From sequence record MT711528.1: a DNA stretch of 41,972 nt. The stretch is one strand, 5' to 3'. The stretch's first letter is position 1; the number at the start of each line of letters is the position of its first letter. Source of the DNA: Escherichia phage vB_EcoS_fTaEco03. The translations under genes were made by a program, and so were the position numbers. Of this stretch, positions 26,402-35,500 are shown one piece after another. The notes beneath the pieces were generated by a model. The model did no database searches. It was not told where the DNA came from and saw nothing but the letters and a program-made list of their open reading frames with translations.

Positions 26402-28571
26402 AACGCTTCATCTCCGCGCCTTCTGCTACAAGAGGGAACCCCTCGGCCCACTCTGGTAATTCGCACATCAATCGTTCCAGTTCTGCGACATTGTATTCTG
26501 GTAAATCTGGTGTCTCGCAGATAATCTCATCGTGAACATGAAGCACAATCGGGTAGCCGTTTGCTTCGACGTTCAGCAGTGCATTAGCCAACAAATCACG
26601 GCACAGCGCCTGAGTGCAGTTTTCCACCAGTTTACCAGAGTAGGTGTACTGGAAGCCCCACTGACGGGTTAACTGGTTTTCGCCCTGGTACTTGATGCGC
26701 ACGTTGGTAGACACCTTCCCGTCTTCGTCTGTCTCTTTCGACACGCTTAACCCGACGCCAGGGTATGACATAACTCGACCAGACGGCAACGTCATACGCA
26801 ACCACCAACCGGCGACTTTGTTGCCGTTGTTGTCCGTTTCTACGTTGCGCGAAAACTTAACTCCCCGCGGCCCTGCGGTGAACTCTTTGCCCGGATTGCG
26901 GATAGCTGCCATAGCCGCGTCTTCAATATCCCGCCAGAAAGCTACTGTTTCCGGGTGTGACTCACGCCACATACGCTTGATAGCGTCGCAGGTACGCCAC
27001 ACTTTCTTATCAAGAATATAAGATGGTCGGTCATCATTTTCACCTGGACGTGGTGGTCGCTTGGCTTCCTGAATACGCGCCCACTCATATCCACGTGCGG
27101 TAGCAGCCCAGATGTGGTCGGGGAAAGTCCCGTCCATTGTTTTTGCCATATCAACAAGGTCAAGGCCGAGGTTCTTGGCGAACTGTACGAATGCGCCGAC
27201 ACCACCCGCGTAGCCAAGTCCAAGTTCGCATGCCTTACCAATCTGGCGTAAGTCTTTACGTTCTTTCTTAATGTAATCCGGCTCCATGCCGAACATCTTG
27301 CCTGCGGTTACGCAGTAAATATCCAGCCCGGCACGGAACGTATCAAGCGCGGTTTCTTCGCCAGCCAGCCACGCCAAACCGCGGCCTTCAACGTTCGAGT
27401 AGTCGGCGACGACAAACTTATACCCGGCTTCCGGGATAATGCAGCTGCGAACCGTAGATGCCGTTAGCTTGGCTACATCAAAACGGCGATGTGCTCGGCC
27501 CTTAAGTAATGCTGAAATACCTTTATCCAGTTCATCATCGTGATAGTACCCACGCGCCAGGTTCTGCGGCTGGAAGCCTTTACCCGCAAATCGTAACGTA
27601 CGTTTAGCTCCACCATACTGGATGCAACCGCGACGGCGGTCGTCAGACGAGCGGCCTAACAGCAGCGGGTTATATTTCGTTGACGCAGTGGATGCCGCCC
27701 CGAGGCGCATTTCTATAATCGTGCGGGCGTCGTCCGGTAAATCATCGTCAGCAAGCAGGTCGTTAAGCGTAGACTTCTGCGCGTTGTGGATGCGATGCGC
27801 AGGCGCCAGTTCACGCAGAATCGGCAGGAAGTCCTTACCTGTAAGCGAGCCGCCGTATTTACGTTGGGCTTCTTCCTGTAACTGTGCCTTGTGTTTCTCC
27901 ACAGCTTCAATTGCGGCTTCCGCCAGCGCAACGTCGACCTTAAACCCGCGGTCGTTAATTAACTGGTCCAGTTCCAGTACACGGTCTTCGAACTCGGAGT
28001 TACCCCAACGCGGCAACTTATGGAACACTTCACGCATCGCGGTGATGTCGCTAACGGCGTACTTGATGAACAGCGCCCACTCATCCGGGTGCGTTTCAGC
28101 AGTGTAGCGGCGAATTTTGTAGTTCTTCGGCGTCGGTTTAGAGAAACGCTGAATAAGCGCTTTGCCTCGTTTGTCTTTCGCGTTGTCTGCAGACACGCCA
28201 AGCACTTCGCACAATGCGTCGAGTGAACCCGGCAGCGCGTGACGAAACGCCCAAATCATCGTATCAATGGTGTTGCTTACGGGAATATCAAAACCCCAGC
28301 AGTGCTTCATGATGAGTCTGTCGAACATTGAGCCGTTGTGCCACACCATCTTAATACGGCTGTTTGGTTTCACCAGACGGCGTAACGCGCGGTGCAAATC
28401 ACCCGGCATGTCGCTGCCGTTGGTGCAATCCCATACCTGCACAGGCTCGTCGTCAAAAGCATATGTGCAGATTAGAACTTCGGTGGTTGGATGTTCGGCG
28501 TAAGCGTAGGAGCCGACTTTCTTCAAATCGGCTTCTGAGAATGTTTCAAAGTCTAAGAACAGGTAACTCAT
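26391..28571 (-). CDS. DNA polymerase I (family A) with 3'-5' exonuclease domain
   Basis: 726 aa; Exo I-like LFLDFETFS; pol motif A VVADYSNVEGR, motif B-like K...GLGYAGG, motif C VHDE. Confidence 0.85.
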   Translation of the reverse strand: MSYLFLDFETFSEADLKKVGSYAYAEHPTTEVLICTYAFDDEPVQVWDCTNGSDMPGDLHRALRRLVKPNSRIKMVWHNGSMFDRLIMKHCWGFDIPVSNTIDTMIWAFRHALPGSLDALCEVLGVSADNAKDKRGKALIQRFSKPTPKNYKIRRYTAETHPDEWALFIKYAVSDITAMREVFHKLPRWGNSEFEDRVLELDQLINDRGFKVDVALAEAAIEAVEKHKAQLQEEAQRKYGGSLTGKDFLPILRELAPAHRIHNAQKSTLNDLLADDDLPDDARTIIEMRLGAASTASTKYNPLLLGRSSDDRRRGCIQYGGAKRTLRFAGKGFQPQNLARGYYHDDELDKGISALLKGRAHRRFDVAKLTASTVRSCIIPEAGYKFVVADYSNVEGRGLAWLAGEETALDTFRAGLDIYCVTAGKMFGMEPDYIKKERKDLRQIGKACELGLGYAGGVGAFVQFAKNLGLDLVDMAKTMDGTFPDHIWAATARGYEWARIQEAKRPPRPGENDDRPSYILDKKVWRTCDAIKRMWRESHPETVAFWRDIEDAAMAAIRNPGKEFTAGPRGVKFSRNVETDNNGNKVAGWWLRMTLPSGRVMSYPGVGLSVSKETDEDGKVSTNVRIKYQGENQLTRQWGFQYTYSGKLVENCTQALCRDLLANALLNVEANGYPIVLHVHDEIICETPDLPEYNVAELERLMCELPEWAEGFPLVAEGAEMKRYAK

Positions 28572-28587
28572 TATTTTTGACCCTTAG

Positions 28588-28611
28588 TAAAAAGGCCCAA
28601 TGAAGGGCCTT
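28588..28611 (-). terminator. Intra-operon terminator/attenuator between SSB-like gene and DNA polymerase
   Basis: Minus strand AAGGCCC-TTCATT-GGGCCTT followed by TTTTTACT. Confidence 0.45.
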
Positions 28612-28630
28612 AGTTAAATTGATTCAGATA

Positions 28631-29257
28631 TTAGCGACGACGACGCTCGCGGCGCGGTGATTCATCTTCTTCGTCGTCTTCCAGGTCATTTACGCTGGCA
28701 GCGACTTTAGAACCGCCAAACGCTTTGCCTTCGCCAATGTATTTAATCGCCAGCAGGTTAACGCCGAGGACTTTATATTTCTGACTGAACCAGATTTCAA
28801 CGCTTACGTTAGCGACGCAGCCGCTGTAAACCTGTTCACCTTCAATCTGTTCGCCGTCTACATTGAAGTCCTGTTCTACCTGAGTCTCGCCTTTTTTAGA
28901 GGTTACAATCAGTGGCTGTTTCTGTGCCTTCGCCTTGAAGTAGAAGCCTTCCGGGAAGTCTTCAAACGGATTGTCGCGCTCGGCAATGTCTTTAATCGCA
29001 CATTTATCCATGTGCTTACCTTCGCCGTAGTTGGACTTCATCCACTTCTCAGCGGCAGCTGCGCCCAACGCTTCTTCAACCACAGCGTAAACGGTGTCGT
29101 AGAGCGCGTCGATTTGTGCGTGGTCAGACGGCAGGATGATAGTCGCGCTGTACTGGCCTTTAGTGATTGAGCCATCATCGTTTTCACGGTCTTTTTCGCG
29201 TTCGAATACGTTAACCCATGCAGTGTTTACTTTACGCAGATTCAGTTTAATACCCAT
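28631..29257 (-). CDS. Single-strand DNA-binding / annealing protein (putative)
   Basis: 208 aa with acidic C-terminal tail DDEEDE then RRERRRR; located beside nuclease and polymerase. Confidence 0.45.
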   Translation of the reverse strand: MGIKLNLRKVNTAWVNVFEREKDRENDDGSITKGQYSATIILPSDHAQIDALYDTVYAVVEEALGAAAAEKWMKSNYGEGKHMDKCAIKDIAERDNPFEDFPEGFYFKAKAQKQPLIVTSKKGETQVEQDFNVDGEQIEGEQVYSGCVANVSVEIWFSQKYKVLGVNLLAIKYIGEGKAFGGSKVAASVNDLEDDEEDESPRRERRRR

Positions 29258-29310
29258 CGTGATTTCTCGCTTTTCAGTTTACTCCGGGAACTGCCCGGCC
29301 AGTGATTAGA

Positions 29311-29339
29311 ACTATAATAGCTAACTATTCGGGTGTCAA
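29311..29339 (-). promoter_or_regulatory. Promoter family member (TTGACA - 17 - TATAGT) with AATAG-N4-CTATT inverted repeat
   Basis: Minus strand reads TTGACACCCGAATAGTTAGCTATTATAGT. Confidence 0.55.
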
Positions 29340-29343
29340 CACT

Positions 29344-30597
29344 TTATTCCAAATCTTCTTCACTAACCTGATTCCACTCAGGACGTTTGTCGTCTGCCGT
29401 TGCGACACATGGTGCGCCTGGCTTACGGGTAATAAACGGCTCAAGCGCTGCCATCTCATCCGCCGAAAGAACTTTTGCTGCCTCCGTAGGGGTCATCAAT
29501 ACCTCTTTTTTGAGAATGTCGCCGTGTGACACTTCAATCGCATCGGCATCTTTCCACGCACGGTTGCCCATCTTACCTTCAACCAGCTTGTACCCAGGAA
29601 CTTTCTTACCGGAATGCAATGCGGCGGTCATCGCTTTCTCAACCTTGTCGATGTGCTGGCGTAACAGCGGCAACTTCTCATACTCAACTACGAGTTGCTC
29701 CGTCGTCAGTTCCAGCACAAAGTCGTCTTCAAGTTCTTCCGCCAGTACAGAATTAACCGTCTTTGTACGCGCGGCACACTGTTCAGAGAACCGGCACCAC
29801 TGGCAACCATCGACCGACGGTTTAAAGTCCGACGCTTTCAGGTTCTTCTTTCCACGGAAATAAGCATCAAGCGCTAACAGTGCCCGTTTCTGTGCGAACT
29901 TAGCGAACAGTTCCAGACCTTCGACCGAGATGTCCCACTCTGACGCACCCCCCGCGTACGGCTGGAAGATGACCAGGCGCACTACTGTGATGTTATAACG
30001 TCTCTTGAGTCGGCGATAAACACCGAGAGCGTAAAGCATAAGCTGCTTGTTTTCTTTCGCTTCAACACGATGCCGTCCAGTTTTAAGGTCGCCAATAATG
30101 AGCATGTGCTCGTCGGTGTTCGCCAGTTCCTGGACAGCAACGAGGTCAGCCGTTCCGAACGTCTCGACACCTTCATACCCAGGATGCAATACCTCAGTAA
30201 GATTGACTCGCATTTCCAGCTTGGCGTAAGTCGCTACGTCGATAATCGCTTTGCAGTAGTCGGTGTACTTGCGCACCTGCTCAATCATGTCCGCCGTAAT
30301 CAGTACCGCGCCTTTCATTGGGCTGATTAGCGCCTTAATCTGACCTTTACCTTCATCCAGCACGTAAGCGCCGACTTCACGCTCTAACGGCAGCGCAGCA
30401 CCTTTGATGTACTGGTTAAGATGCATCTCGGCTATGGTGTGCATAGCTGTGCCTAATACCGCGGCTTTACCGGACGTGTTAGGAATATCTTTTTCACAGG
30501 CCAGAGAAGCCGGGCAGGTTAGCCACTTTTTAGCGCCTGACGGTGATAGTAAGGCGTGTACATCGTTATTGCCGCCGCGCTCTTTTAGAATCATCAT
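29344..30597 (-). CDS. Cas4/RecB-like PD-(D/E)xK exonuclease with Fe-S cysteine cluster
   Basis: 417 aa; nuclease motifs GDLKTGR and QLMLYA; one N-terminal Cys and C-terminal CQWCRFSEQC. Confidence 0.65.
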   Translation of the reverse strand: MMILKERGGNNDVHALLSPSGAKKWLTCPASLACEKDIPNTSGKAAVLGTAMHTIAEMHLNQYIKGAALPLEREVGAYVLDEGKGQIKALISPMKGAVLITADMIEQVRKYTDYCKAIIDVATYAKLEMRVNLTEVLHPGYEGVETFGTADLVAVQELANTDEHMLIIGDLKTGRHRVEAKENKQLMLYALGVYRRLKRRYNITVVRLVIFQPYAGGASEWDISVEGLELFAKFAQKRALLALDAYFRGKKNLKASDFKPSVDGCQWCRFSEQCAARTKTVNSVLAEELEDDFVLELTTEQLVVEYEKLPLLRQHIDKVEKAMTAALHSGKKVPGYKLVEGKMGNRAWKDADAIEVSHGDILKKEVLMTPTEAAKVLSADEMAALEPFITRKPGAPCVATADDKRPEWNQVSEEDLE

Positions 30598-30866
30598 TTA
30601 GTGCCCTCCGGCAGTTCCGGTAAATACATCCAGTGAGTTATGCCCATCTCGATATACCGTTTCGTATATAGCTGATTTCCGTTCTCATCCAGCCCAGCCG
30701 TAATGTCGTCGAAATAGTCCTGTATATGTACAAAATCGATCCCACCTTCCGGGAACCCGTTATCGTCATATTTACCACCATCTACTGAGCAAACTAAAAC
30801 AGAATCATCTTTTGACTCCGGCAATGCTTCGTTTACACTAACCCAATTCATACCCTGCTCTCCCAC
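30594..30866 (-). CDS. DUF551-like protein
   Basis: 90 aa ending ITHWMYLPELP, resembling C-terminal signature also present in 36024-36224. Confidence 0.45.
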   Translation of the reverse strand: MGEQGMNWVSVNEALPESKDDSVLVCSVDGGKYDDNGFPEGGIDFVHIQDYFDDITAGLDENGNQLYTKRYIEMGITHWMYLPELPEGTK

Positions 30867-31120
30867 TGGTCAATTAAATGTCGTGTCTTATGGTCGCAGT
30901 GCATAGCCCAGCTGTACATCGACTCAAAGACATAAAAGTCAGGCTTGGCGAATGTCGTGCGCTTAATCTGCGACACGTGACGGCCTATATCTTTAGACAG
31001 CGGTACTTTGCCTAAGTACGCCATCTCTTCCATCTGGTGTGCACCGGACGGCGCACGCAATAACCATAGCGCCTCTGTGGTATCCCGCCGGTCAACGGCG
31101 CGGTATAGTTGGTAAATCAT
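30848..31120 (-). CDS. Hypothetical protein (90 aa)
   Basis: ORF in early minus-strand operon; no recognisable motif. Confidence 0.4.
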   Translation of the reverse strand: MIYQLYRAVDRRDTTEALWLLRAPSGAHQMEEMAYLGKVPLSKDIGRHVSQIKRTTFAKPDFYVFESMYSWAMHCDHKTRHLIDQWESRV

Positions 31121-31163
31121 AATCCCGACCCTCAGTTAAAGCGGCCCGAAGGCCGCGGGATAG

Positions 31164-31634
31164 TTATTCTTCTTCGAAATACTTGTTCTTGATTGCTGTC
31201 AGGCGCTCCAGATACTCAGCCAGGTCTTCGTCTTTAATCGCTGCAATCTTCATCTTCTTACCGGTAAACTCTTCCAGCAGTTCGTCAGAATCGTCGCACG
31301 CGGCATCGCTTGGGCCTTCGTTAATCGCATCGTCGATAGCCTGAATCTGGTCGCGCAGAGACTGGTAATCGACTTCTTCTTTCTCTTCTTCCGGCTCTGG
31401 CGTTGGCTCCTCTACTTTAGCTTTACGCGGCTTGCGCTTCGGCTTCTCTTCTTCTGCTGGTTTAGTGTCAATGGTGTCTTCACCTTCTACCGGGATTTCT
31501 TTCGTTACTTCTTTCACAACAGTAGGCTCTATTGTTGCAGTTTTGGCAACGACAACTTGTTTCGCACTGTTTGCAGCAATCAGTTCGTGGGCGACTACGA
31601 AACGTTCCAGTAATACCAAGAATTTCTCTAACAT
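31164..31634 (-). CDS. Highly acidic early protein, hypothetical
   Basis: 156 aa, first gene after promoter 31666-31694; long E/D-rich tracts (EEPTPEPEEEKEEVD, DDSDELLEE). Confidence 0.5.
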   Translation of the reverse strand: MLEKFLVLLERFVVAHELIAANSAKQVVVAKTATIEPTVVKEVTKEIPVEGEDTIDTKPAEEEKPKRKPRKAKVEEPTPEPEEEKEEVDYQSLRDQIQAIDDAINEGPSDAACDDSDELLEEFTGKKMKIAAIKDEDLAEYLERLTAIKNKYFEEE

Positions 31635-31665
31635 TTGTTTCTCTCCTCTCGTTTGGTATGGGCTA

Positions 31666-31694
31666 ACTATAATAGCGAACTATTCACTTGTCAA
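31666..31694 (-). promoter_or_regulatory. Promoter family member (TTGACA - 17 - TATAGT) with AATAG-N4-CTATT inverted repeat
   Basis: Minus strand reads TTGACAAGTGAATAGTTCGCTATTATAGT; divergent from HTH regulator gene. Confidence 0.6.
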
Positions 31695-31758
31695 TGGGCT
31701 TTTCTAAAATAATTAATATGGTACTATTCACATATCAACTGACTAAGGAGTAATTGGC

Positions 31759-31974
31759 ATGCAACCATCTGAACTAGGTATCCGTGTAGAGCAACGCCGT
31801 AAAGAACTCGGTATCTCCCAGCGCCATCTGGCTGTCCTGGCCGGTGTTTCCCAAGGCGCAATTAACCAGCTTGCACTCGGTGTAACTCAGGACGTCCGCC
31901 CGGCGACGCTGTTTAAACTGGCGGAAGTGCTTGAAGTAGACGCCAAGTGGCTGGCGTTCGGTGAAGGGGCTTAA
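31759..31974 (+). CDS. XRE/Cro-type helix-turn-helix transcriptional regulator
   Basis: 71 aa; HTH segment ISQRHLAVLAGVSQGAINQL; AAGGAG RBS; followed by terminator. Confidence 0.7.
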   Translation: MQPSELGIRVEQRRKELGISQRHLAVLAGVSQGAINQLALGVTQDVRPATLFKLAEVLEVDAKWLAFGEGA

Positions 31975-31989
31975 CGCCCCTTTCTTTTT
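31965..31989 (+). terminator. Rho-independent terminator after HTH regulator gene
   Basis: ggggcTTAACgcccc + TTTCTTTTT; stop codon lies in loop. Confidence 0.65.
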
Positions 31990-31991
31990 AC

Positions 31992-34253
31992 CTATTCCAA
32001 ATCCTCCTCTGTCACTGTCAGCATTTCATTCGGTTCGTATATTGTCTTAGGAATTTTGTTGTCGTTTATACCCCACGGCAGCCGGTACTGCTTAGGTATG
32101 GGCCTGTTGTTGTTATCCAGACCCGAGACGATAATCCCGGCCTCATGCATCTCTTCCAGTTTCTTTCGAAGGTCGTTATTAGCGTTAATCGGTACGCCGT
32201 AACTATCTTCTTTCGCCGCTTTGACGATAGCGGACATAGAAAACCCGCGCTTGTCGTCACCCTGCTCCTGCAATTTACCCAATGCGTAAATAACCGTAGC
32301 CTCTTTGGAATCCAGTTTCTCGAACTGGCCTACCTTTTCTTTAACGGCTTCCTTCTGTTCGTCGGTCATACCTTCTACTTTCTTCACGAAGACAGAGAAG
32401 GCGTTGAAGTTGACAAAGACATCAATATGCGGATTTCCCGCGTCAAAATCGCGCACATCGTCGCTACTGTACCCTTCTGGAAGACCCATGAAGTTGTGAG
32501 TTGGTTCTTTCTTTTCTGGTGGTTCCGCTATCTGAATCTTCTGTATTACGAATCCTCTGGCTTTCTGCCGTTCTCCGTTTCGGTTCTTTATGTGGTACAG
32601 GTTTATCTCTAAGTTGTTATCGTTGTCCGGTTTATGCAGAAACATCCCGTTATCGATGGAGTTGTGAAAATCACTACCACCTTTCGGCATCATGCCGTTC
32701 TCGGATGGTACGGTTTCGTCGATGTTTTTAGTCGGGTGCACCATAGCGCCTACCGCAGCGTTAAGCGTCGACGCTATTTCGTTAAGCGCCTGCGCCGCTT
32801 CTTTCATCGACCTGTTGTCGTTCTCGTCGAAGCCCGGTATGCAAGTTTGTAGAGTATCAAACGTAACCTTTACAATTTTCTCTTCACCGGCAACACGGCG
32901 CATCATTCTCACCGCCTGGCGGCGCCACGCCTCATCAAGTAAATTACACCCATCGGCGACACAATCGATAATGTGCAAGCGGTCCAGGCTATCCCCGAGG
33001 GCAATCTGCAAAGACTTTTTATGTCGCTCGAACGACTGCGCACCTTCACCCGCAAAAATGAACGCATGTCCTTCTGCGACCTCAGCCCCGCCGAACGCAT
33101 ATCTTTTTTCAGCGGCAATAGCGGCGTCAATCGCCATACTAAATGTTGACTTACCAGTGTGGGACTTTGCGCAAATGTAGAACGATTCGTTGGTCTGCAT
33201 AAGGCCGTCTACTACGGGGTAAGCAGGTTCTTTTTCTACTTCCGGCTCGTCTTCAAGGTCTTCCAGCGTGCAAGTTACAGGCTCTTCGTTCTCTGTGCGG
33301 TGCAATTCCTCAATCTCTTCGTCCGGTAAATCCGGCAAAGCCGCACGAATGCTGTTAATACTGATAGGTTGCTTGTCTACGTTAAGCTCGTCGGGCAGGC
33401 CGCACATACGCAAGGCCAAATGTTGCCGACGGTTAAGCTCGGTACAAGCGCCGTTGTTTGTGTGCTGGCACACGAAGCGCACCTCTTTACCGTCAAGCAT
33501 GATGCTGGTGGAGCCTTTGCCTGTATGCAGATGTTCATTAGGGCATGGCACTTCATACCCTCGGCCGGAAGATAAAGCGTCAAGGCCCAGCTCGGCTTCG
33601 CAGAAATGAGCTATATCTGCGTTAAGCCCGTGCTCATCGGCGGCAAGTGTCTTAGCCTCGCGTTTACGCAGCCCCATCTCTTCGGCTTTCTTGATGTACC
33701 GCTCCGCACGGATAACACGCCCTTCTGTAACCGTTATCTTAGACTCTTTATGCGGCAGGTAGATGAGGCGGTTGCCGTCTTCCGTGCAGTGGTCGCGCAG
33801 CGATTCATCTATTTCTAACTCGGCACAAATAGCACGTTGCACCATCCACGCGTCGTTAGAGTTAAACGGCGTGCGAGCTGGAACCAGAACGCGGAAAGCG
33901 TAGTCACCGTTTTTACACGCGTGCTGGTGCGATGCCGTTGTATGCAGGATATTGAAGAACGGCGCGTTCTTGAATTTGCGTGTCAGGTCGCGGTACTGAG
34001 TACGGCTGAGATGGTCAAAGTCGAACTTAACCACACTGTCTTCCAGAATCGCATTCTTACGGCGACCGCCAACAGGAGCAATAGCCTTCTGTTTAATCTT
34101 GGCCGCGTCGTACTCTTCCTTAGTCCACGACGGGTCCACGGATAAACGCTTCGATGTATCACAGACATACTCCACAAACTGCTCCAGCGGCATTTCACGC
34201 GCTACAGGGTTTTTATCGAATGTATTGCGCAGCGTTGCAAAAACAATATTCAT
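31992..34253 (-). CDS. DNA primase / replicative helicase (P-loop NTPase)
   Basis: 753 aa; Walker A AKSHTGKST in central region; large N-terminal domain; position in replication module. Confidence 0.65.
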   Translation of the reverse strand: MNIVFATLRNTFDKNPVAREMPLEQFVEYVCDTSKRLSVDPSWTKEEYDAAKIKQKAIAPVGGRRKNAILEDSVVKFDFDHLSRTQYRDLTRKFKNAPFFNILHTTASHQHACKNGDYAFRVLVPARTPFNSNDAWMVQRAICAELEIDESLRDHCTEDGNRLIYLPHKESKITVTEGRVIRAERYIKKAEEMGLRKREAKTLAADEHGLNADIAHFCEAELGLDALSSGRGYEVPCPNEHLHTGKGSTSIMLDGKEVRFVCQHTNNGACTELNRRQHLALRMCGLPDELNVDKQPISINSIRAALPDLPDEEIEELHRTENEEPVTCTLEDLEDEPEVEKEPAYPVVDGLMQTNESFYICAKSHTGKSTFSMAIDAAIAAEKRYAFGGAEVAEGHAFIFAGEGAQSFERHKKSLQIALGDSLDRLHIIDCVADGCNLLDEAWRRQAVRMMRRVAGEEKIVKVTFDTLQTCIPGFDENDNRSMKEAAQALNEIASTLNAAVGAMVHPTKNIDETVPSENGMMPKGGSDFHNSIDNGMFLHKPDNDNNLEINLYHIKNRNGERQKARGFVIQKIQIAEPPEKKEPTHNFMGLPEGYSSDDVRDFDAGNPHIDVFVNFNAFSVFVKKVEGMTDEQKEAVKEKVGQFEKLDSKEATVIYALGKLQEQGDDKRGFSMSAIVKAAKEDSYGVPINANNDLRKKLEEMHEAGIIVSGLDNNNRPIPKQYRLPWGINDNKIPKTIYEPNEMLTVTEEDLE

Positions 34254-34378
34254 TTCTTTTTCTCCGCACGTTCTAAGGCTTCCTGCATACGGCGCATTGC
34301 GCGGTTCATCTTTACTGGTGCGAAGAAATCAGCGCCGTGTTTCTGGCGGCGTAGCTGTGGAACTATTAACTTCGTCAT
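34250..34378 (-). CDS. Small basic protein (42 aa), hypothetical
   Basis: AAGGA RBS; stop overlaps primase ATG (ATGA); below ORF-track cutoff. Confidence 0.3.
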   Translation of the reverse strand: MTKLIVPQLRRQKHGADFFAPVKMNRAMRRMQEALERAEKKK

Positions 34379-34428
34379 TGTATAATCCTTGTGCTTACTT
34401 TGATGATTTATGCTTCGGCCCCGACGTT

Positions 34429-34662
34429 CTAGCGTTGGGGTTTCTTTTGTCTACGCACCGCATTAACCCACTCTCCTTCGCTACGGTAAAAACTGCAATC
34501 AAGGATATCCTCTATAGAAAATTTAACTATTTTAGTGGGTCCACAAAAGTTATAAGGGAAAAGTTCTACATAACACCCATCGTCGGTTATATTTGACGCA
34601 ATCTTGAAATAATATTTAATGCTGCCGTCTTCGCGGAAGCTACAACCCATACGCCCAATCAT
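34429..34662 (-). CDS. Hypothetical protein (77 aa)
   Basis: ORF between AlpA-like gene and primase; ATGA overlap upstream. Confidence 0.4.
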   Translation of the reverse strand: MIGRMGCSFREDGSIKYYFKIASNITDDGCYVELFPYNFCGPTKIVKFSIEDILDCSFYRSEGEWVNAVRRQKKPQR

Positions 34663-34841
34663 TTCACGTTCTCCTTAATCCATGCTTCAACTTTATTACG
34701 GTCGAATGTTCCTGGTAAACGGCGACCCATAACCTTAATACAACAATCCGGGAATTTACCACTGCGTAACCAGTTATTAATTGTCTGACGTGTCACCCCA
34801 ATACGCTCGGCTACTTCATTCTGGGTCATGTAATGTTGCAT
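34659..34841 (-). CDS. AlpA-like HTH DNA-binding protein
   Basis: Start refined to ATG 34841 (AGGAG RBS); sequence VAERIGVTRQTINNWLRSGKFP resembles AlpA/Xis-type HTH. Confidence 0.55.
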   Translation of the reverse strand: MQHYMTQNEVAERIGVTRQTINNWLRSGKFPDCCIKVMGRRLPGTFDRNKVEAWIKENVK

Positions 34842-34872
34842 TTTTAAATCTCCTGTTTGTTTGGTGAAGCCA

Positions 34873-34901
34873 AGTATAGGATAGCGGGAATGTAAAAGCA
34901 A
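34873..34901 (-). promoter_or_regulatory. Promoter for leftward early operon (TTGCTT - 17 - TATACT)
   Basis: Read on minus strand upstream of AlpA-like gene. Confidence 0.5.
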
Positions 34902-34948
34902 CCAAAACACCACACAAAGTTACTAAGATACAAAAGATGCTACTAGTA

Positions 34949-34977
34949 TTGACTTTTACTAAGAAATATGGTAAGCT
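34949..34977 (+). promoter_or_regulatory. Sigma70-like promoter (TTGACT - 17 - TGgTAAGCT), twin of 4420-4448
   Basis: Same -35, spacer length and extended -10 as promoter at 4420. Confidence 0.55.
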
Positions 34978-34980
34978 CAG

Positions 34981-35018
34981 CCTGAGCTTGTGAAGTATGA
35001 ACAAGCGACCGCGGCGCG
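34981..35018 (+). promoter_or_regulatory. Conserved 38-nt promoter-proximal leader element, copy 2
   Basis: Identical 38-mer to 4452-4489; downstream blocks TCTATTG and TTACTGA also shared. Confidence 0.6.
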
Positions 35019-35163
35019 CGGCAGGCGAAACGAGCACGTGTAACGTGTGGAGTGAGGCTCGCTGGCGCGTTTGGGAGGCCCAAAGTCTATTGTAATTCCC
35101 GCCTAATTATCTAAGTTACTGATTTGCCGTAGGTTAGAACCGCCAGCTCACTCACTCACTCTT

Positions 35164-35178
35164 GGTGCCTTCGGCACC
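35164..35178 (+). other. Stable hairpin GGTGCC-TTCG-GCACC in leader
   Basis: Perfect 5-6 bp stem with TTCG tetraloop, preceded by (CTCA)n at 35147-35161. Confidence 0.4.
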
Positions 35179-35245
35179 ACGTTCGTTTCGTTTCGCTCGC
35201 TACCCCCTTAAACGAAAGAATCACAACGGCAACGTAACTAATCTC

Positions 35246-35274
35246 TTGCACACCCCAACATAATAGGATACTAT
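35246..35274 (+). promoter_or_regulatory. Promoter family member (TTGCAC - 17 - TACTAT) with AATAG-N4-CTATT inverted repeat
   Basis: CTTGCACACCCCAACATAATAGGATACTATTCAC upstream of gene 35309. Confidence 0.55.
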
Positions 35275-35308
35275 TCACTTATCGAAACGAGACAGAGGAG
35301 TGAGGGTT

Positions 35309-35500
35309 ATGTTTAAACGTGGTCAGTTGGTTAAATGCGCCGACGATAAACACGGCGTAATTGAATTAAAATCTGCTTTATTTCCAGGAAAGTACGTAGT
35401 TACCGTGCAAAATGTGAGAGGAGTAAATTCACAAATATACGTAGCGGAGGAGAACTTAAAACTCATCGGCAACAATTTTAAATTTAAAGGGGTGAAGTGA
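35309..35500 (+). CDS. Early protein, hypothetical (63 aa)
   Basis: ATG 35309 with GAGGAG RBS; ATGA overlap with next gene. Confidence 0.5.
   Translation: MFKRGQLVKCADDKHGVIELKSALFPGKYVVTVQNVRGVNSQIYVAEENLKLIGNNFKFKGVK

Noticed and set aside
31141-31156. Hairpin GCGGCC-CGAA-GGCCGC between minus-strand early genes as a terminator
   Set aside because: The following T-tract on the minus strand is weak (TTTAACT); could be an RNA processing or stability hairpin rather than a terminator, so not listed as a feature.
34659-34841. AlpA/Xis-like HTH as evidence for a temperate lifestyle
   Set aside because: No integrase, recombinase, attachment-site-like repeat or CI-type repressor module seen anywhere; more likely an early transcriptional regulator of a virulent phage.
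35147-35161. (CTCA)n microsatellite as possible CRISPR-like or phase-variable repeat
   Set aside because: Only about 3.75 units, intergenic in a leader, no spacer structure; noted only as part of the leader.
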